Origin: Catajapyx aquilonaris
Lineage: Eukaryota
DNA: 64,000 nt
Reading direction: 5' to 3'
Assembly: GCA_000934665.2 (NCBI GenBank)
Contig: KZ538038.1
Span: forward strand, 1 to 64,000
The translations under genes were made by a program, and so were the position numbers. This document shows positions 47,492 to 62,100 of the stretch, piece by piece (the first letter of the stretch is position 1; each line of letters starts with the position of its first letter). The notes beneath the pieces are model-generated. The model saw nothing but the letters and a program-made list of their open reading frames with translations. It made no database searches and was not told where the DNA came from.

Positions 47492-50400
47492 AATTATTAC
47501 CGTATTATTATACAGTAGGAACTAGTAACTGCGTATTAATCAATTTAGTGCAGATTTAGAGTAGTTATAAAGGAGTTGCTCATTGTGCATAGGCCTATTT
47601 TTATTTTAAGTGACTTCATGAAAAATAGTGAAAGAGAAATTCCTCGTTCTTGTGCTTGTAAAATATTGCAAAGTTCCAACGCTTGAAAATAATGGTATTT
47701 TTTATTACTGATTCTGAGAAGCTGAGCTTCACTTTTTCAAAGGGTGATGCAGCCTAATTATAGTACCACAAAAAGTAATTGACGTCCGCTGTTTACGAAT
47801 CACCCTGCATTTAAAGTACAACCTGCTGGAACAGTTGTGCAGATAACATCGAATACAATAATGCTGAGCTTGTGTATTATATTGCACATTATAATATTTA
47901 AATAGACACATGATACGGTACATCTGCTTATGTTTTGCCCGCATTGTACCGGACACAATGGCACATTATTAAGCAATTTTATATTGTTGATACAAGCTAG
48001 AACACAATAACAATAGATATAGGTATAATGGTAATGGAGCGAGATAAATGCAGCGTGTCATTAATTCGTTGCTGGCAATTAATTCGGCAGTGCAATGAGA
48101 GGGCGGGGAGCCCTTTTGCCCCGGGGCAGAAGGGGGGCGACATTCACTTTTACGGCCCGGTTAGGTCCTACCTCCTTTTTATAGCCTTTTATAGCCTGCT
48201 GTGAAGCGCAGATCCCAACCGGCCAATTGCACGTTGCAGGTCGCACGTCACGAAATGCGTCACGTCTAATGCAGGCATTAGCCATACAGTGTGCTTTTTT
48301 ATTACGACATAATCTAACATGCGCGAATCATCTCGACATGAACGCAATATGCAGTGCACTGTATTGTCTACTAGACAATGTGCAGTATACTGCACAATAC
48401 ACTGCAGATGCACTTCAAACGAGCGATGTGCAAAACAAAAAGTGAAGGAAACGTCCAGGAAGCTGAAATAAGTCTGATTCGACTGATTAACAAGGACGAT
48501 GTCATTATACGGACGACTGAATATTATTGAAGTTTGCAAAAATCGGGAAATAATGAAGCGAGTAAAAGAAGCTCCAGCTCCATTATTCCAATATTTCGTG
48601 TAAACATCACCTAAGGGGGATAAATTTTTATGAAACATAATTATGCACTGTGCGTTCATTTACTGCAATATTCCGGCAAATAATTAAAGAACAGGGCTGC
48701 ATAATCCGATTTTTTCAGCAACTCTTATGTGTGGAGCACCTAAATGCGGATATCAGTTTGTCAATAATTACAAACTCTAGCATTAGGCGGAATGGGAATC
48801 CATCTTCATTTCAAAGCCATTAAATTTACACGTATATTTAAGCTCCACTAAACCTACAAAATCCGCTTGAGGGGGGCTAAACAAATTGAATCCGTTTGTG
48901 TATTTTTTAAAAAACCCGTCCGCATACAACGTGTACAATGATTACATTTTGATAATGACAAGCTGAACTGCACTGTACACGAACTACCGCAGCGATTATA
49001 ATATAATCAAGCAGCGCAATAATTGTGGAGCTTAATTACTACAGCTATTATTGTGGGATTTGCTGCAACGACCACATCCGGTTAGTACAGCGTCGTTTTT
49101 AAAGGCTGATTGAAAGACAAAGCAACCAACTGCATAATTATGCAGATTGTTCGTCCCAGCAATCAGCTCCAAGAAAAGCAACAATCAGAAGTGAAAGTGT
49201 CGTGCGAGTAATAAATTTCTCTTGGTTTGTTATGGATCATATTGAGCAATAATTTGTTGCCGAAAGTTTGATGTATAAATGACGCTATTCATACTACTCA
49301 CACGTGTCTGAATTAGAGCACGATCCGACCACCGAAACTTTTGTGTCATGTGAATGAAACTAACTTTGAAAACACCCTGTAACGTCGTGCCACCTGTCCT
49401 TTCAATACATCGTTTCTGACCCATTCTTGGCACCACAAGTCTGCAAGGCCTCTAATGACTCCTTTCCCAAAGGTGTTCATTAGTGTCGCCCCCCTGCAAT
49501 GCTTCCAAAAAAAGTTGTCTTGGCACATGCAGCATATCGAACCACTCTCCGTTTCACCAAGTAATGAACCAAAGGAAAGAGCTATATATCCGGACTCTCC
49601 TATAGTATATATAGTCCTTTTAAAACGAGAGTTGGTCGCCAGACAAGCGGTCTCGCTGACAAGGATAATTGACGTGGCGATTAGGCTCCCAAGCAATTAA
49701 ATCCACTTTATTGACGCAATGGCCAGCGGGCTATTAGGCCTCAATTGGCACACATTTTCCTGGGCTGCACCACTGAAAAGTATATAGTTCCAGCAACAGG
49801 TGTCGGAATCCTGGGTGTGAGAGAGAGAGACCGTGTGTAGAGCTTGCCTCCATTTTTCACATTCCGTGTCCCCCAGCCCCCCAAAAAGGGGGGCCATCCC
49901 GGATTTGAATATTTCAGGGACAGAAGGGTCATTAATCGCTAGGAGGAGGGTAAAGTTGGAGATGTGGTTTGGAGCATCGTGTGATTGATTTCAGAAGAGT
50001 GGAGACGGGCTTTTCGCAGGCGGGGCCACACGTCACTGGGGCCTCCTAATTAATAACTACTAGAGGGAAACTGGGGAGGCTCGAGGTAAGTTTGCCCACT
50101 TTGCAGCAAGCCTTGGGACTTAATCCCGTTTCCCTTATGGTTTTATCTTATCATTTCAGAGAATTTTTTGAAAGAAAAAAGTGCTCACGTGCATCGAGGG
50201 AGAAAAAAGTGTGCTTTTGGTTCAAGTACGGATTAAAACTGTTTGCACGTGTCAGATTTACCTGAATACTAGGCAGCAGTTGAGGGATTTGGCATCAAGA
50301 GTACTTGAGTTTCTAGTGAAGAAAATGCACTTGCCTTTTCCTCTAATTACTTCAGCTTCATGATCCAGCCTTTCATACATGTATACTAAGGCACCGATAA

Positions 50401-53400
50401 TTCAAATTATGGCTCGGTGTATTTATAATAATCCCCACTTTTTTATATCCATTGTTCTATTGTGTCTTTCTACCTGTGCGTCATTACAGATTTTCCCTTA
50501 ATTTGCTTTCATGCTACAGGGTCTAAAGCTTGCATAAAATTATTGTAATGCTTGTAATTAAGGGCGGCCCAAAAGCAAGTTGCATTCATTGCACAGTGTG
50601 CTGAGACTGTACTTAATCATAGTGAAAGGCCCAGCAATTAATTACGACCCAAAATAGGGTAATTCAGCAGAGTACCACGTTATGAAAAGGACACCCAGTT
50701 GATGAAATGTGTACCAGCGCATGTCTGGTGTATTGTAAGTACAGCGTCAGACTAATAATACTGCACTCCATAATACCAGATGTGTCAGTTCAGATGTCCA
50801 AAGGGGACACTTCCGAAGTGGAAAAACGTGCCGTGCCAATTTTTGCAAACAAAACGTAGTTCATACAGTGGTGGATCTTTTTAATGTGCGGTCCTTTCAA
50901 CCAGGCAGGTTCTGCTACAGAAAAAAAACAATGAAGCTACAATATTCAGCTGTTGCTTTTTGGCTCCGTTCTGGATCTGGGCAAACATTTTCCCCTTTGA
51001 TGTATGTATCATTACGAGAACAAACATTTTTCAGCTTAGCCTTCACAACCAAAAAAAAAGTATACTTTTCGCTAAAACCCACTGCATGAGCCAGCTAAAC
51101 CTGGGACCAAAAATACATTTTAATGCCACCGTGCCCGTGTATATATTGTCGTATGCACGAGCTCATTTTCGCAATGGAAGTCTGTCGCGACCGCACATCA
51201 ACTCAGAACTTTCCATCCAGCCTTCTGTGAACACGGCTCCGGATTTGTTCAAAAAATAATATTGTTCAAAACTGCAAAAGGGGGTGTTCGACACTTCAGT
51301 AAAATAAGATAAGGTCAACTAGAGTGCATCAGGAGATCAATTTAAGTCTCATCTGGTTAGTAATGGAAGATTCAAACACTAAGCATAAACTGTAAAATAT
51401 GCATCGCCTCTTGCACATTTTCATGTACATATTTGCACTAATGATTTGCACGTACCCATTATATTAATAATAAAGAAATGGAACACCTCATATACTGCTC
51501 ATATAGCAGCACTGAAACCAATGTCTTCTGGCGGAAGAGCTGAGGTGTTGCAAGAGAAACTATTAAACTGTGTAGAACAGTGGAGGGGAAGGAATAAGGG
51601 AGGTTAACCATCTTGCTAAACGAGGGAATGAATTGCTTAACGTCTTGCACTTTGTGCAATTTCCACAGCTCCCCAGTACCATGTAATGGGCCATGAAGCT
51701 GAAGACATATTTGGAGGGACTGTGGTTTGCGAAACGAGCACAGGCTGCTTTGGCAGACTAGGTTCAGAGACACCAAACCGAATTCTACTGATGCTGAAGA
51801 TTCTGGACGATTAATTTAAGGATATGCAAGTTAGTGTAATGACGTGTCTCTTAAAGTGTGTGTGCAAGGGTATGTCCAAGCTGTTATTGCGCCGCATGAA
51901 TAATTAAAAATCGGCGTGGCCAGTACCGCTGGGAAAGAACCTGTACGAAATCCTAATGGTGCATAAAACGTATTACACTAAAAGCTTGAATCATTGAAAA
52001 TCCGGCGTCAGGAGAGGAAATAGAAAGGCTATAGGAATACTGCATAACACGTGTAAAAAATTAGGACAAACCAATATTAATGCTCTACAGTCTATAACCA
52101 TCACAATTCTAGCCAGCAGCTGGATCATAGGAAAAATATTATTTGAACAGTGCTGTAGAGTGTTTATGGTAAACTTTAGGAGAAAATGTGTCCTAAAAGA
52201 TTTTTATATACCAGTACTGTACAGCATGTGAGCGTGAAAACATTTACTATTTTGTTAAAGGTTCTTTTGATTTCCACAGCTAAATATCTCTAACAAACAT
52301 CAGTTTAAAACCGTATAGATAAATATTTCCAGGACTCTTTGTGTGGCAAAGTGCTGTACAGGATCAGCTGGTCTTGTACAGTATGGGAGGATCGAACATC
52401 TTGCATTATTTGACAAGAATTCATCCGACATGTACGACACTTGCAAATAATACAGTACACCGGCCCCTCTAAAACCAAATGTTGAATAAACAATAGATGG
52501 ACTGGCTGTCCTATATATTCGTGCTTGCTTCCCACCTGACGGGACATCCCCGGAATTTAATCAAATCAATCACCTCTCTCCATGTAATGTGGTTTCGCAC
52601 GATGTCATTCCGACTGACTAATCTCGAATGACGCCTGCGAGTGACACGAGCAGTTATCCAATGCACTGGATTCACTCCGCCAGCGAGGAATACTCGTGTA
52701 ATAATTATTATTGCACCTTGAGGGGAAACGAGGGCGACGACTAATAATAATATAACTTAAATTGATATAATCAAATCGACATTTCTGCAATGAGTTGTGT
52801 CAGAAAATAATTTAGGGAAAAAAATCCGATTATGTCACTTAATTTGGGTTGATTCTCGTCAAGTTGATGCAACGTGCCATTTTAACAGTGGTGATATAGG
52901 GTGATTGCATTTCCAGCTGCAAGTGCTGTTATGCAGGTATTCCTCCATGTTACTTTCATGGAAGGATCTGCACAACACGCATTAGCATAGCACAACAAGT
53001 AATTAACAGAGCAGCCCCAAAAAATGATGGCGGAAAAAAACATGCCGAGAGAGAGAGAGGAAACTGGCGGTATCAGATAAAAACTAATGAACCGGCTGAG
53101 CATTTGATGTGAACGGAACCAGAAATAAAAAGATAGCGTGTCGCTGCAGGGCATAACTCATCATCGGAACTTGCCGGGTTGTGAAAAATAACATGATGGG
53201 GGCGGATGATTAAACCGAAAAAGAAAAAAAAATCAGACTGGGAAAATGGAAAGGTTTTGGACCAACCGGATTTTCTTCTTCGCTTATCTGAATCCCGGAT
53301 TACCTCGCTTTGGAATTAAAAGAAATCAGCAAGGGACCTTTTTTGGCCACCTGCCAAGATTAAAGCACATCGGAGCCAAACTATATTTTTTCTGATTTAT

Positions 53401-56082
53401 TTGTTTTCCCAACTTTCCAACCGTTCGCTCGGTTGAATATAAAACATCATTAATAATAACCTGTGGCAGCATCGTTTAAATTTTATGCTGATGAGTATTA
53501 TGGTGGCGCAATCATTTGATTATGCAGGAACAGTAGGTCTGTAATTAATCTAGGATGCTTGAGGCTGTCCTACTGGACAAAACTCTTTAAGACAGGATAT
53601 TATTGGGCATCATACTCGTGAGAGTGTCAACAATGTATGGAGCGTATTCAAATCTGCCGTTCAAGCTGGGAGGTAAAAGGTACTGTTACAAAATATTTTC
53701 ACTTTGAAAATTTTGCACAAAGAAATGGCTAAATAACTCTACAGTTATTTTCAAGGAGGCTGTACTGCACATCTCTCTAAGGACCATCGACTATTAGGAT
53801 AAGCTAATGAGGCTGAGTGTACTATACGCGAAGTGGCATGATACAGCTTAAAAGCTCAAACCTTGGCATTTCAGGACGTGGAATTTGCAATCAGACAAAG
53901 CTGTTCTGGAAAGCATGAGATAATGTGCACTTACTGTGCCGAACTGTACAGTTAGTTGCACTAACAACATGATGTGGGTTGTAGGAAATTGAAATAATTA
54001 TAATTTCTCACTCATGATTCCAAATAAATAATTGTTTTCGGACACTGTACAGTGCATACAGTATATTCACTCGAGCCTAGTATGACCCATTTAATTGACT
54101 ACCAGATGAAGGTTGAAACATGTGTGCAAAAATGTGCTAATTTTCCTACATCGACATGCCAGGAATATCACAAATTAATTTTACGCAGTTAGTCACCATG
54201 AATAATAAATTGGGCGGAGTAATAGCAAATGAGCGAATATTCTCCTTCATTGGCTTAGGCTCCTTGCGAATTTCAAAGACGAAGCTGGCTCAGATTAACT
54301 GACGTTTTACGAAAATTAATCCGCGTTTATGGAGAATTTACGAGAACTCATGGATGATTGATGGGATTACGTTGGTATATACGGATATAAGAGGATATGT
54401 CCCCTCGGGCTTTACCTCGCTTTTCAGTGTTATATGCCTGCCTCTTCGTATCTTTTTCCCAGACCAGCCACCCACACAGGCAAGTACTTATACTGTATAT
54501 CAAGGACGTTGCACTTTACTCCACGTGAAGTGTGCACGAATCAGTGCACGTGAATGACACGACGGTGCTGTGCTTGGTCTAATCTCCTTCCGACGTGTAT
54601 GATACAGACAAACCAGACAGCAGCAGATTAGCGACAACCCGAGTGAGCCACTTGGACCACCGCCCTCATTATTTCGAGGACAATGCCTACCATTATTCGA
54701 GAGCAACGTCTCCGCCTTTATGGACAAAAGTGAGAACAATGCTGCGCGAAACACAATATGAGCACAGGGGATTAGTGCAGTGATCGTGTCTGGACTACTT
54801 CAGCATATACTAGGCAGAGTTGATTACCTCAGCAGCTTGGATGGACAGAACTAACCAAAAAATAGTGATGAGACTCATCACGTACAGTGCAACTTTCGAA
54901 GAAAAAAAACAAACATTCAGGTGTGGGAGATGAGCCGGTTAAGTTCAGATAATTATGTACAGTACTATATAGCCTCGGAGCATCACGAATGTAACGAGGT
55001 CATGTTGACTCGACATTTTGCGAGACACCCACAGGTTGCATAATAATCTCCGTCATTAAACAGCGCAACCGTGTTTTGAAAGGCTACAAAAGCAAAGAGA
55101 TCAATTTGCACTTTCCCGCTGGCATCAGAAAGGCGCTTGGGTGAAAATCACGGGATGCGGTTGCATACTGATCGAGCAATTAAGAATACATCTGCTCTGG
55201 CGATGATGCTGCTTCATTAACACTGCAGAAAGGATCGGATTTACCGCCCTATTAATATTCCGCAGCATGATTGATAACACGGTTTTATGTTCGCGGAAAC
55301 AGCTCGTCGCCAAAGTGTTGTCTGCAGAAAATAGGCCTGTTAACCAAATGTGCTCAGTTTCGCGAATTAATTGACGCCGGAGGCAACAAGTTGAAACGGA
55401 CGAAAAACTACAACTTTCTCGAGAAATATATATACATTAAAAAATAATGACTCGTCGGGGCAGCGATTCATTGGCGTAAAAGCTTACAAGTTTCCGCTGA
55501 ATTTCATTTCCTGCTTGGGGCTACAATCTGCATTCGATTAACTTATTTTTTTGTTATACTGGCTGGATTTGGTATTCAGATTAGATGGAAGTTATTTTGT
55601 TTTGGGTAAAACATTAACTTGGTCGTTCAGTATAATCACTTCCGCCATTTCCGAGTTAAGAAAGAGTGTGCGTGGGAGGATGAGGCGGTGGTCCAAGTTT
55701 TGCAACTAGTTTTATGCATATTCCTGGCGGTGATGCCACTGTATGAAAGGCGTAATAAAACGCCCACTTAATTACTTATTACGCTGGTTAACTTTTGGGC
55801 ATAAATAGCAGAGATATCAGTATACAGGACGCGCTAATTAAACACGTTCTATGTATGCAGCAATGCAACTTACAGTACACGGATTGTCAGTAATTTTAAA
55901 ATATTCCAACCAGGTGACATCAGCAACATTTTAAAGCCAAATTCCAATCAGAAAATACTCGCCATTAGTTGAGATCTGTACAAGCGTCACTAAATCACAT
56001 TCTCTTAAAAACAAAAGAGTATTTTCTCACTAGGGCACCCGTAGCCAAAATTCGGCAAAAACCATCGGCCTGATGATTAAGT

Positions 56083-56161
56083 GCCGTGATCAGAAGGTGG
56101 CAGCACTCACCAGGGACCCTTCCATCTTTCCGCCGCGATCAGAAGGTGGCAGCACTCACCA
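56083..56161. repeat. 30-bp direct repeat x2 (GCCGYGATCAGAAGGTGGCAGCACTCACCA), period 49 bp
   Basis: Copies at 56083-56112 and 56132-56161 differ at one position. Confidence 0.9.
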
Positions 56162-59100
56162 CTTCCGGAGCGTTCCAGAGGCGAAAAAATAAGGCTATTA
56201 TTATAGGTGGAATTCTTTAAAATATATATATACAAGCCGATATCGGGCAAGAGATGAAAAGAGGAGGAAGAAGAAACGAGTCGCCTTGCTCACTAGACGA
56301 CCTTCATTAATAAAGCTGAGCATCGTGTGGGGAGAGAGGGAGGGGGAGGAGAGGGGGGAAGCAAAATATCCATCTAAAGACGACGCCGACGACGCCGACG
56401 ACGCTATTCATTTAGAGAATGCTCTCATGGCTCTATCCATCGTCGGGGGGAGACTTGTTGACTCTGATTCTTCAAAGGCAGGTAAGGTCTTTTGTGGACC
56501 AAGTGCCGCTTGAGTAATATCGCAATGTCTGTGGGATCAAGTGTCAATCGAAAAAGAAGGAGGGGGGGAAAAAAGAGGGGAGGAGAGAGGAGGAAGGGAA
56601 GCCCACCCCCACCCCCCTTTTGATTGCGTTTCCTAAGTCCCTCAAACTCTCTGTGCAAAGCATGGAAATGATTGAAAACGTGGCGGATAGTGGATCAACA
56701 AGTAAGCACAAGTCTAATTTCCACAGGATGGCAGCTAATTTAGCCCTTCCTCCCTCTACCTTCAGTCTTTCTTTCTCCATCCCCCCCCCCTCCGTCTTTT
56801 TTCTTTCTTTTTATGTGATTTATATGGCTCCAAGTTTCTTCAGTCCTGCCCCAGATTTTGCGTTTAATCCCGACTACTGGCATTCATTAGCTGCTTCAAC
56901 TTTGTACCTCAAAGGCGCAGGAGGTACAATCCTCGACATAAATAAAGGGACGCTGAATTACTACCCGAAAATATGATAAAACGAATCAAAAATTTGTCAC
57001 AACAGTGGTAGCCACCAACTATTCCACCTGCATTCAGTGTAATATTATTATTAATTTTAATATGACATGCATTGTAGGTTTCGTGATGGTGAATATTGCA
57101 AATGAAATAATTATGTCACACCATATATTTTGAATAGCTCTCTAAAAGTTTGCGGATGCCATTTGATGACAATGTTGAAAGCAAATAATTGCTGCGACCC
57201 AACTTTTGTATCTAACAAGAAGGTAATGCTCTGAAAACGACCTTGACTCCAATTTATTTACGAGGACCTGGAGAATCTGTAATCACCGATGTAATTTACA
57301 TTCCCTTGCTCTTACAGTAATGGCCTGATAATAGCCCGCAAGACAAGACCTTATCTTAGCGGTTTATTTTGCGAGTAATAAATCAGAAACGTGTGGTTGC
57401 AAAATTGGTTACGTGATTTTATACAGCCATTGCATCTGTTTCGCATTCTGCTAAAACCGAAAGAAAATCCTCATTGCTCTAATAAGTCATTACTGCTTGG
57501 GAGTATAATAACATCATGAACACAAACAATTACTTGTATTGTCAGGATGTATTGTTAACTGTTTCATTATTTGTAACGCAGCATGAAACGCACAAGTCAA
57601 ATGGCACAGATTGGTATGCGTGTTTACATATCCATATAATTAAAAATGGCAATTAACGTAGGTTTGGTGTGTACGTAAACTTTAACTTTTTTCCAGTGCA
57701 GGATCGCCCTGAACTTGATTATCTGAGCAAACTGAGAGAGCCCACTATTGGAATTGATTAGCTAAGTTAGCAAAGTTGAATTATTAATCACGTGAGAATG
57801 TACTTTAAAAAATTGCCTTTTTTATGCCGCATACAGAAGGCTTCGACTCCCCGTATCAAAGGGAAACCCGGAACATGGAGCCCATTTTCGTGTATCAGGC
57901 GTTATTTATGGACTGCATTTAGCGCGAATGGAGAATAGATATTGGCGCAGGATTTCATTAGGACGATAGGCAACAACCAAAAAAAAGTGAAAGAGAAACC
58001 AGACGCAAGTGTGAAGCTAGGAACGCTTTCGGATATACAGGCTTTCCTGCTGGTTTGAAAAGGTACAAAAAAAGCTATAGGTAGGGAAGTTGCCAATGGA
58101 TTTGAAATTTAAGTCAGGTTCCACTTCTGAAGCTTTTCAGGGAAACTAAATCCATTCCTCTTCGACGCCATCATCGCCCCCAACGATAAAACCAGTTTCA
58201 AGCGATTTTGGAGTAAACGAGGAGGTGAAACTCGAAGCCCAGCCTAGATATGCATGGCACACAGGGTGATCCAATGGAGTTTTTACCGTGAGCATTAGTT
58301 GCCATGGGCAATAAACCTGTTACAGTGAACACCTTACATTCAGAGTAGAATTGGCACAATTGCGTAAAGTACTCATCAAGTAATTCATAGTGTAATTTAG
58401 TAGGAGATGCCAATTTTCATGGGTTGAATAAATTCTCTAAATTCATGGCTGCCTCCACAATTAATTAAAAGTCTTCGCAATGAACCTCAAAAATAATGCA
58501 AAATAATCATCTTATTTTTAACCGAGCCTAAAGGCCTACATGACAATGTATTCCATGAATTCTGTATTAAAAAATCTTAATTCAAACAAAGGTCTTTGTG
58601 CAATGAAATAAGGCTGGCGTATACTGGATGAAAGTCTTACAAATGCCTAAGTTCTAATTAGATCATCGCTGCTAAGTATCGTTATTGTTCATAACTCAGA
58701 GTATACAGGCATGTAACAAAAAGACTTCTTGGGAAACGCAATTTAAAAATAAATTGACCACAAATTTTACTGGGATTAGTTTGATAAGATAATAAGTACT
58801 CAAAACCTCACAAGTTTACAGTTTAGTTACTGTACGCACAACTTGAATTTAATGAGAGTTTTTTAGTGAAAATATTTCAGAGATATAAGTACCTGTACTT
58901 TAATGTGTAATGTACCTTGAAATAAATCCAGATTGAGAGCCTCTTGAAAATACTTTGTAAAACCTTCTGACATTTAAGTCTCTATATACTTACGTCAGAC
59001 TTCTTCAAGTTTCTAATCGCTAAAATCCGGTCCTGGCACTCTTCAACACTCCTTAAAATACTTTACATGCAGATCAACCCTCGTTAAATTAAGTTTATAC

Positions 59101-62100
59101 CTCCAAAATCCGTAGGCGCAAAAAATTTAAGTTGCTGCAAGGGCGCAGTGATACGCATTTTGATACGTACATTTTCTCTCTAAAATCCTGCTCATTTACT
59201 TTATCTTCTGGCCTGCATCCGGGAGGCCAGATATTAGCGCATTTACCATACACAGGGTGGAGAATTTCACAAGTTCCTGTTCAAAACGAAGGCAGGATTG
59301 TTTACTCCAGTAACCAGTTTCAGAAGAAACGACAGTATAACGACATAATGAAAGTTGCTTCTCAGTAAATTGGTTGCTGGTAGAAACAATCCTCAGTTTT
59401 CTTGGAACAGGGTACTTGGGCAGTGAACCACCTTGTACATATGGTCGCGGATAGATCTGCCCAAAATTCGCGAATTCTGGTGTTCGCACGCGGTCTGTTT
59501 GCACGCAGGAAAAAAAGATTAGAAAAGGCCACACAGAAGTGTTATACTCGCGGCTGGCCTATTCCCCATGCAAATAACATGCAAACAGCCTTACTTTGCA
59601 ACCGCTTCTCTTTTTTTGCAGAAAATTGCTCGACGAGGGTTTCAGCACATTCCATCCGCAAAATGGTTTCAGTTTTTTTTAAACATAACGCTCCTGATTA
59701 CCACGAAGCGACGTTGCGTAAACCGACTGCATTTACGAGCAAAGAAATGCTGGCAAATTACTATAATAGGTTGCAAATTTTGCGACGTTTTCTCGCTTAA
59801 CAGACTTTGACTGACGTGAAATTAAGTCACCTCCATAAGAAAACATTGCAACTTTTATTGCTGTGTACAATAATTTTTTTAAAAAAAATGTGCGTCACTC
59901 TTCTGGCAATATGCAAGTCATATACACACGACATAACCTATTTTTTGTGTATTTTGTGTTTTTTTCATTTCCATCTAGAGTGACATATCCGTGCTTGTTC
60001 CAACACTAATTAACATTTCTGGTCACGCGACCGTGTTTGGGGGATGGTCGAAAAAGCACTCCCGAATCAATTTTTTAGCTTGCCGGACATGTCAGACACC
60101 CCGGAGTAAATAAGTGGACCGCAAATTAACCTCTGGTATACGTCACTCCTCACAAATTGGCTCCTGCGACGAAGTAACCCAAAACCAGAACTATGCTTTG
60201 CTACCCCCCCCCCCCCATCTCAGTTGACGTAACAATTCAAGAGTGACGCCAGCAAATTGTTTTCACGCTGAGAAGACCAAAATTGGTAGTCAAGTTTCGC
60301 TCGCAAAACGTTTTAGCAGCGACAATGGTCCAGGATAATTGGTTTTCCCCTATAGATTGCGGCCAAGTTCACCTCGGAAAAATCAAGAAGTCAAACTGTA
60401 CTCAGTTCCAGGCGTGCCGATTTTTTAAAATAAAAAAACATCAATATTGTATGCCATAATTTTCATGTGTTTGTGTAAGTTTTGTTATCCAGCTGCTTCC
60501 ATTTTATCGACTCTTTTTTGTTCAAGTTTTTCAGGTTTTACAGGTCGCTATACAAAGTAAGCGTTTTTTTGTCCAGTTTCAGGTAGACACGTCCTACTTT
60601 ATAGTTGCTTTGGATGCTGCTTCTGATGCATTTCCAATCCCAAGCCGGCTATTGGAAGCGAGGATCTTTGGAGTATAAAAAAATAAAAAAATAAAAAAAG
60701 AGATGGGGTTGTGGGAAAGAGGGGGGTAAAAAGTATCTTAATCTTTCCACTGGGAGTTGACCACCGGGCGCCCAAAAGATCTATTCCGAGTTCTCACTCC
60801 CAGAGGTCTTTTGATGCCGGAAGATATAAAAAAATATATCCGGCAACAAAAAAAAGCAAGAGGCAGCAGACGAGGTCAAAATGTCGCGTCCTGGATTTTG
60901 CAGGCTAGTTCATTGTGGTAATGGCGACTCTGTAAGTGCCATTCAACTGAGTCACAATTATACTGTGCGGAGAACCCCACCAGCTCGAGTGATTATAATT
61001 AATGAATGTTGCCCGGGGTACACTGTAGCGCACTGGAAAATAGTCTTGCTCAATGCACAGACCCAAGTGCTCGACATTAATTTCGAACACAATTAATGTT
61101 TGATGTCGGTTTATAATAACGTACAATGGCTGACATGGAAAGTAAATTCCGCGGAAGGGTATGAACCCTGCGTACTTGGAAGCTTTATTAATTATGGGTA
61201 ATACCTGGGGTAAAAATTTATTACGGGATGGTGCACTGCGCAAACCTAGAGGGCTTATTTTTTCCTTCTGATGTTTGTCCGACCTGATAGTATCGCTATC
61301 TCTCGCACGACCTGAGGTGGCAGAAGTGTGCAGATGGAGTGTGCGCCATCTATGGGTGAAGATTAGAACTACGTGGTGAATCGGTGTACCAACCCAAAGT
61401 TGTTTGATTATCGCTGTCATACTGATTATAAGTTTTGCAAAAATTTGGCAACGGGTTCACTAGTACTGTACGAATTGGTAAGTCCAACAAGTGATTGTTG
61501 TTTTCAATTTATTAATTTGTTTGTTTGTTCCCAGTTGTGTCCGTTTTCGCGAACTAGAGGTCACGAAGCAGTGCACCTTGCTGATTTGCACACTTCGCGT
61601 CATGCAGTTCAAAATCTTAGGACTGGACAACAATGAGGTGGGCAAGCAAAAGGGCAACAATATTAATGCCACCAGGTGGTAATAACCCCCCCCCCCTCCC
61701 CGCGGTTCCACATGCTCCGCTGCTGCAAAATCTGAGCAGCGTCCGAGTAAAGTTGAGTTAACCGAATTACTGCGCATCCGTCCTAATTTATTTAATTAAC
61801 CGGGATGGCACCCACTCGGCGTTCTTCGCTTGAGCATACAGTTTCCTAGGTGTGGGCTGGAAGTAAGGTGGGTTGCACAAGTCACACATCGTGGCAGAAG
61901 CCAGCCCGAGGGCAGAATACTTTGCGTGCCAAAGTAGAATGTAAATAGCAGATTTTGTGTGGGTAGGGCGAAAGAGATAGAGTGAGAGAGAGAGAGAGAG
62001 GTGATGAGGTAAAAAGGGGGAAAGAGACCGACTCAATATTTGCACGGACTTTGCATTACCGAGGAAAGAAAAGAGGAGGTCGGAAACTGCTTCGGAAACT

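Noticed and set aside
53555..53670. Possible LINE ORF2 relic (LRLSYWTKLF..ESVNNVWSVFKSAV)
   Set aside because: Very short, frameshifted and containing a stop; the resemblance is too weak to call without a search.
57839..57858. tRNA T-loop-like GGCTTCGACTCCCC
   Set aside because: No acceptor, D or anticodon stems can be formed around it.
54540..61640. Isolated exon-like stretches (54595-54730, 58330-58413, 61535-61637)
   Set aside because: Plausible splice signals, but no recognisable homology or partner exons, so they cannot be supported.
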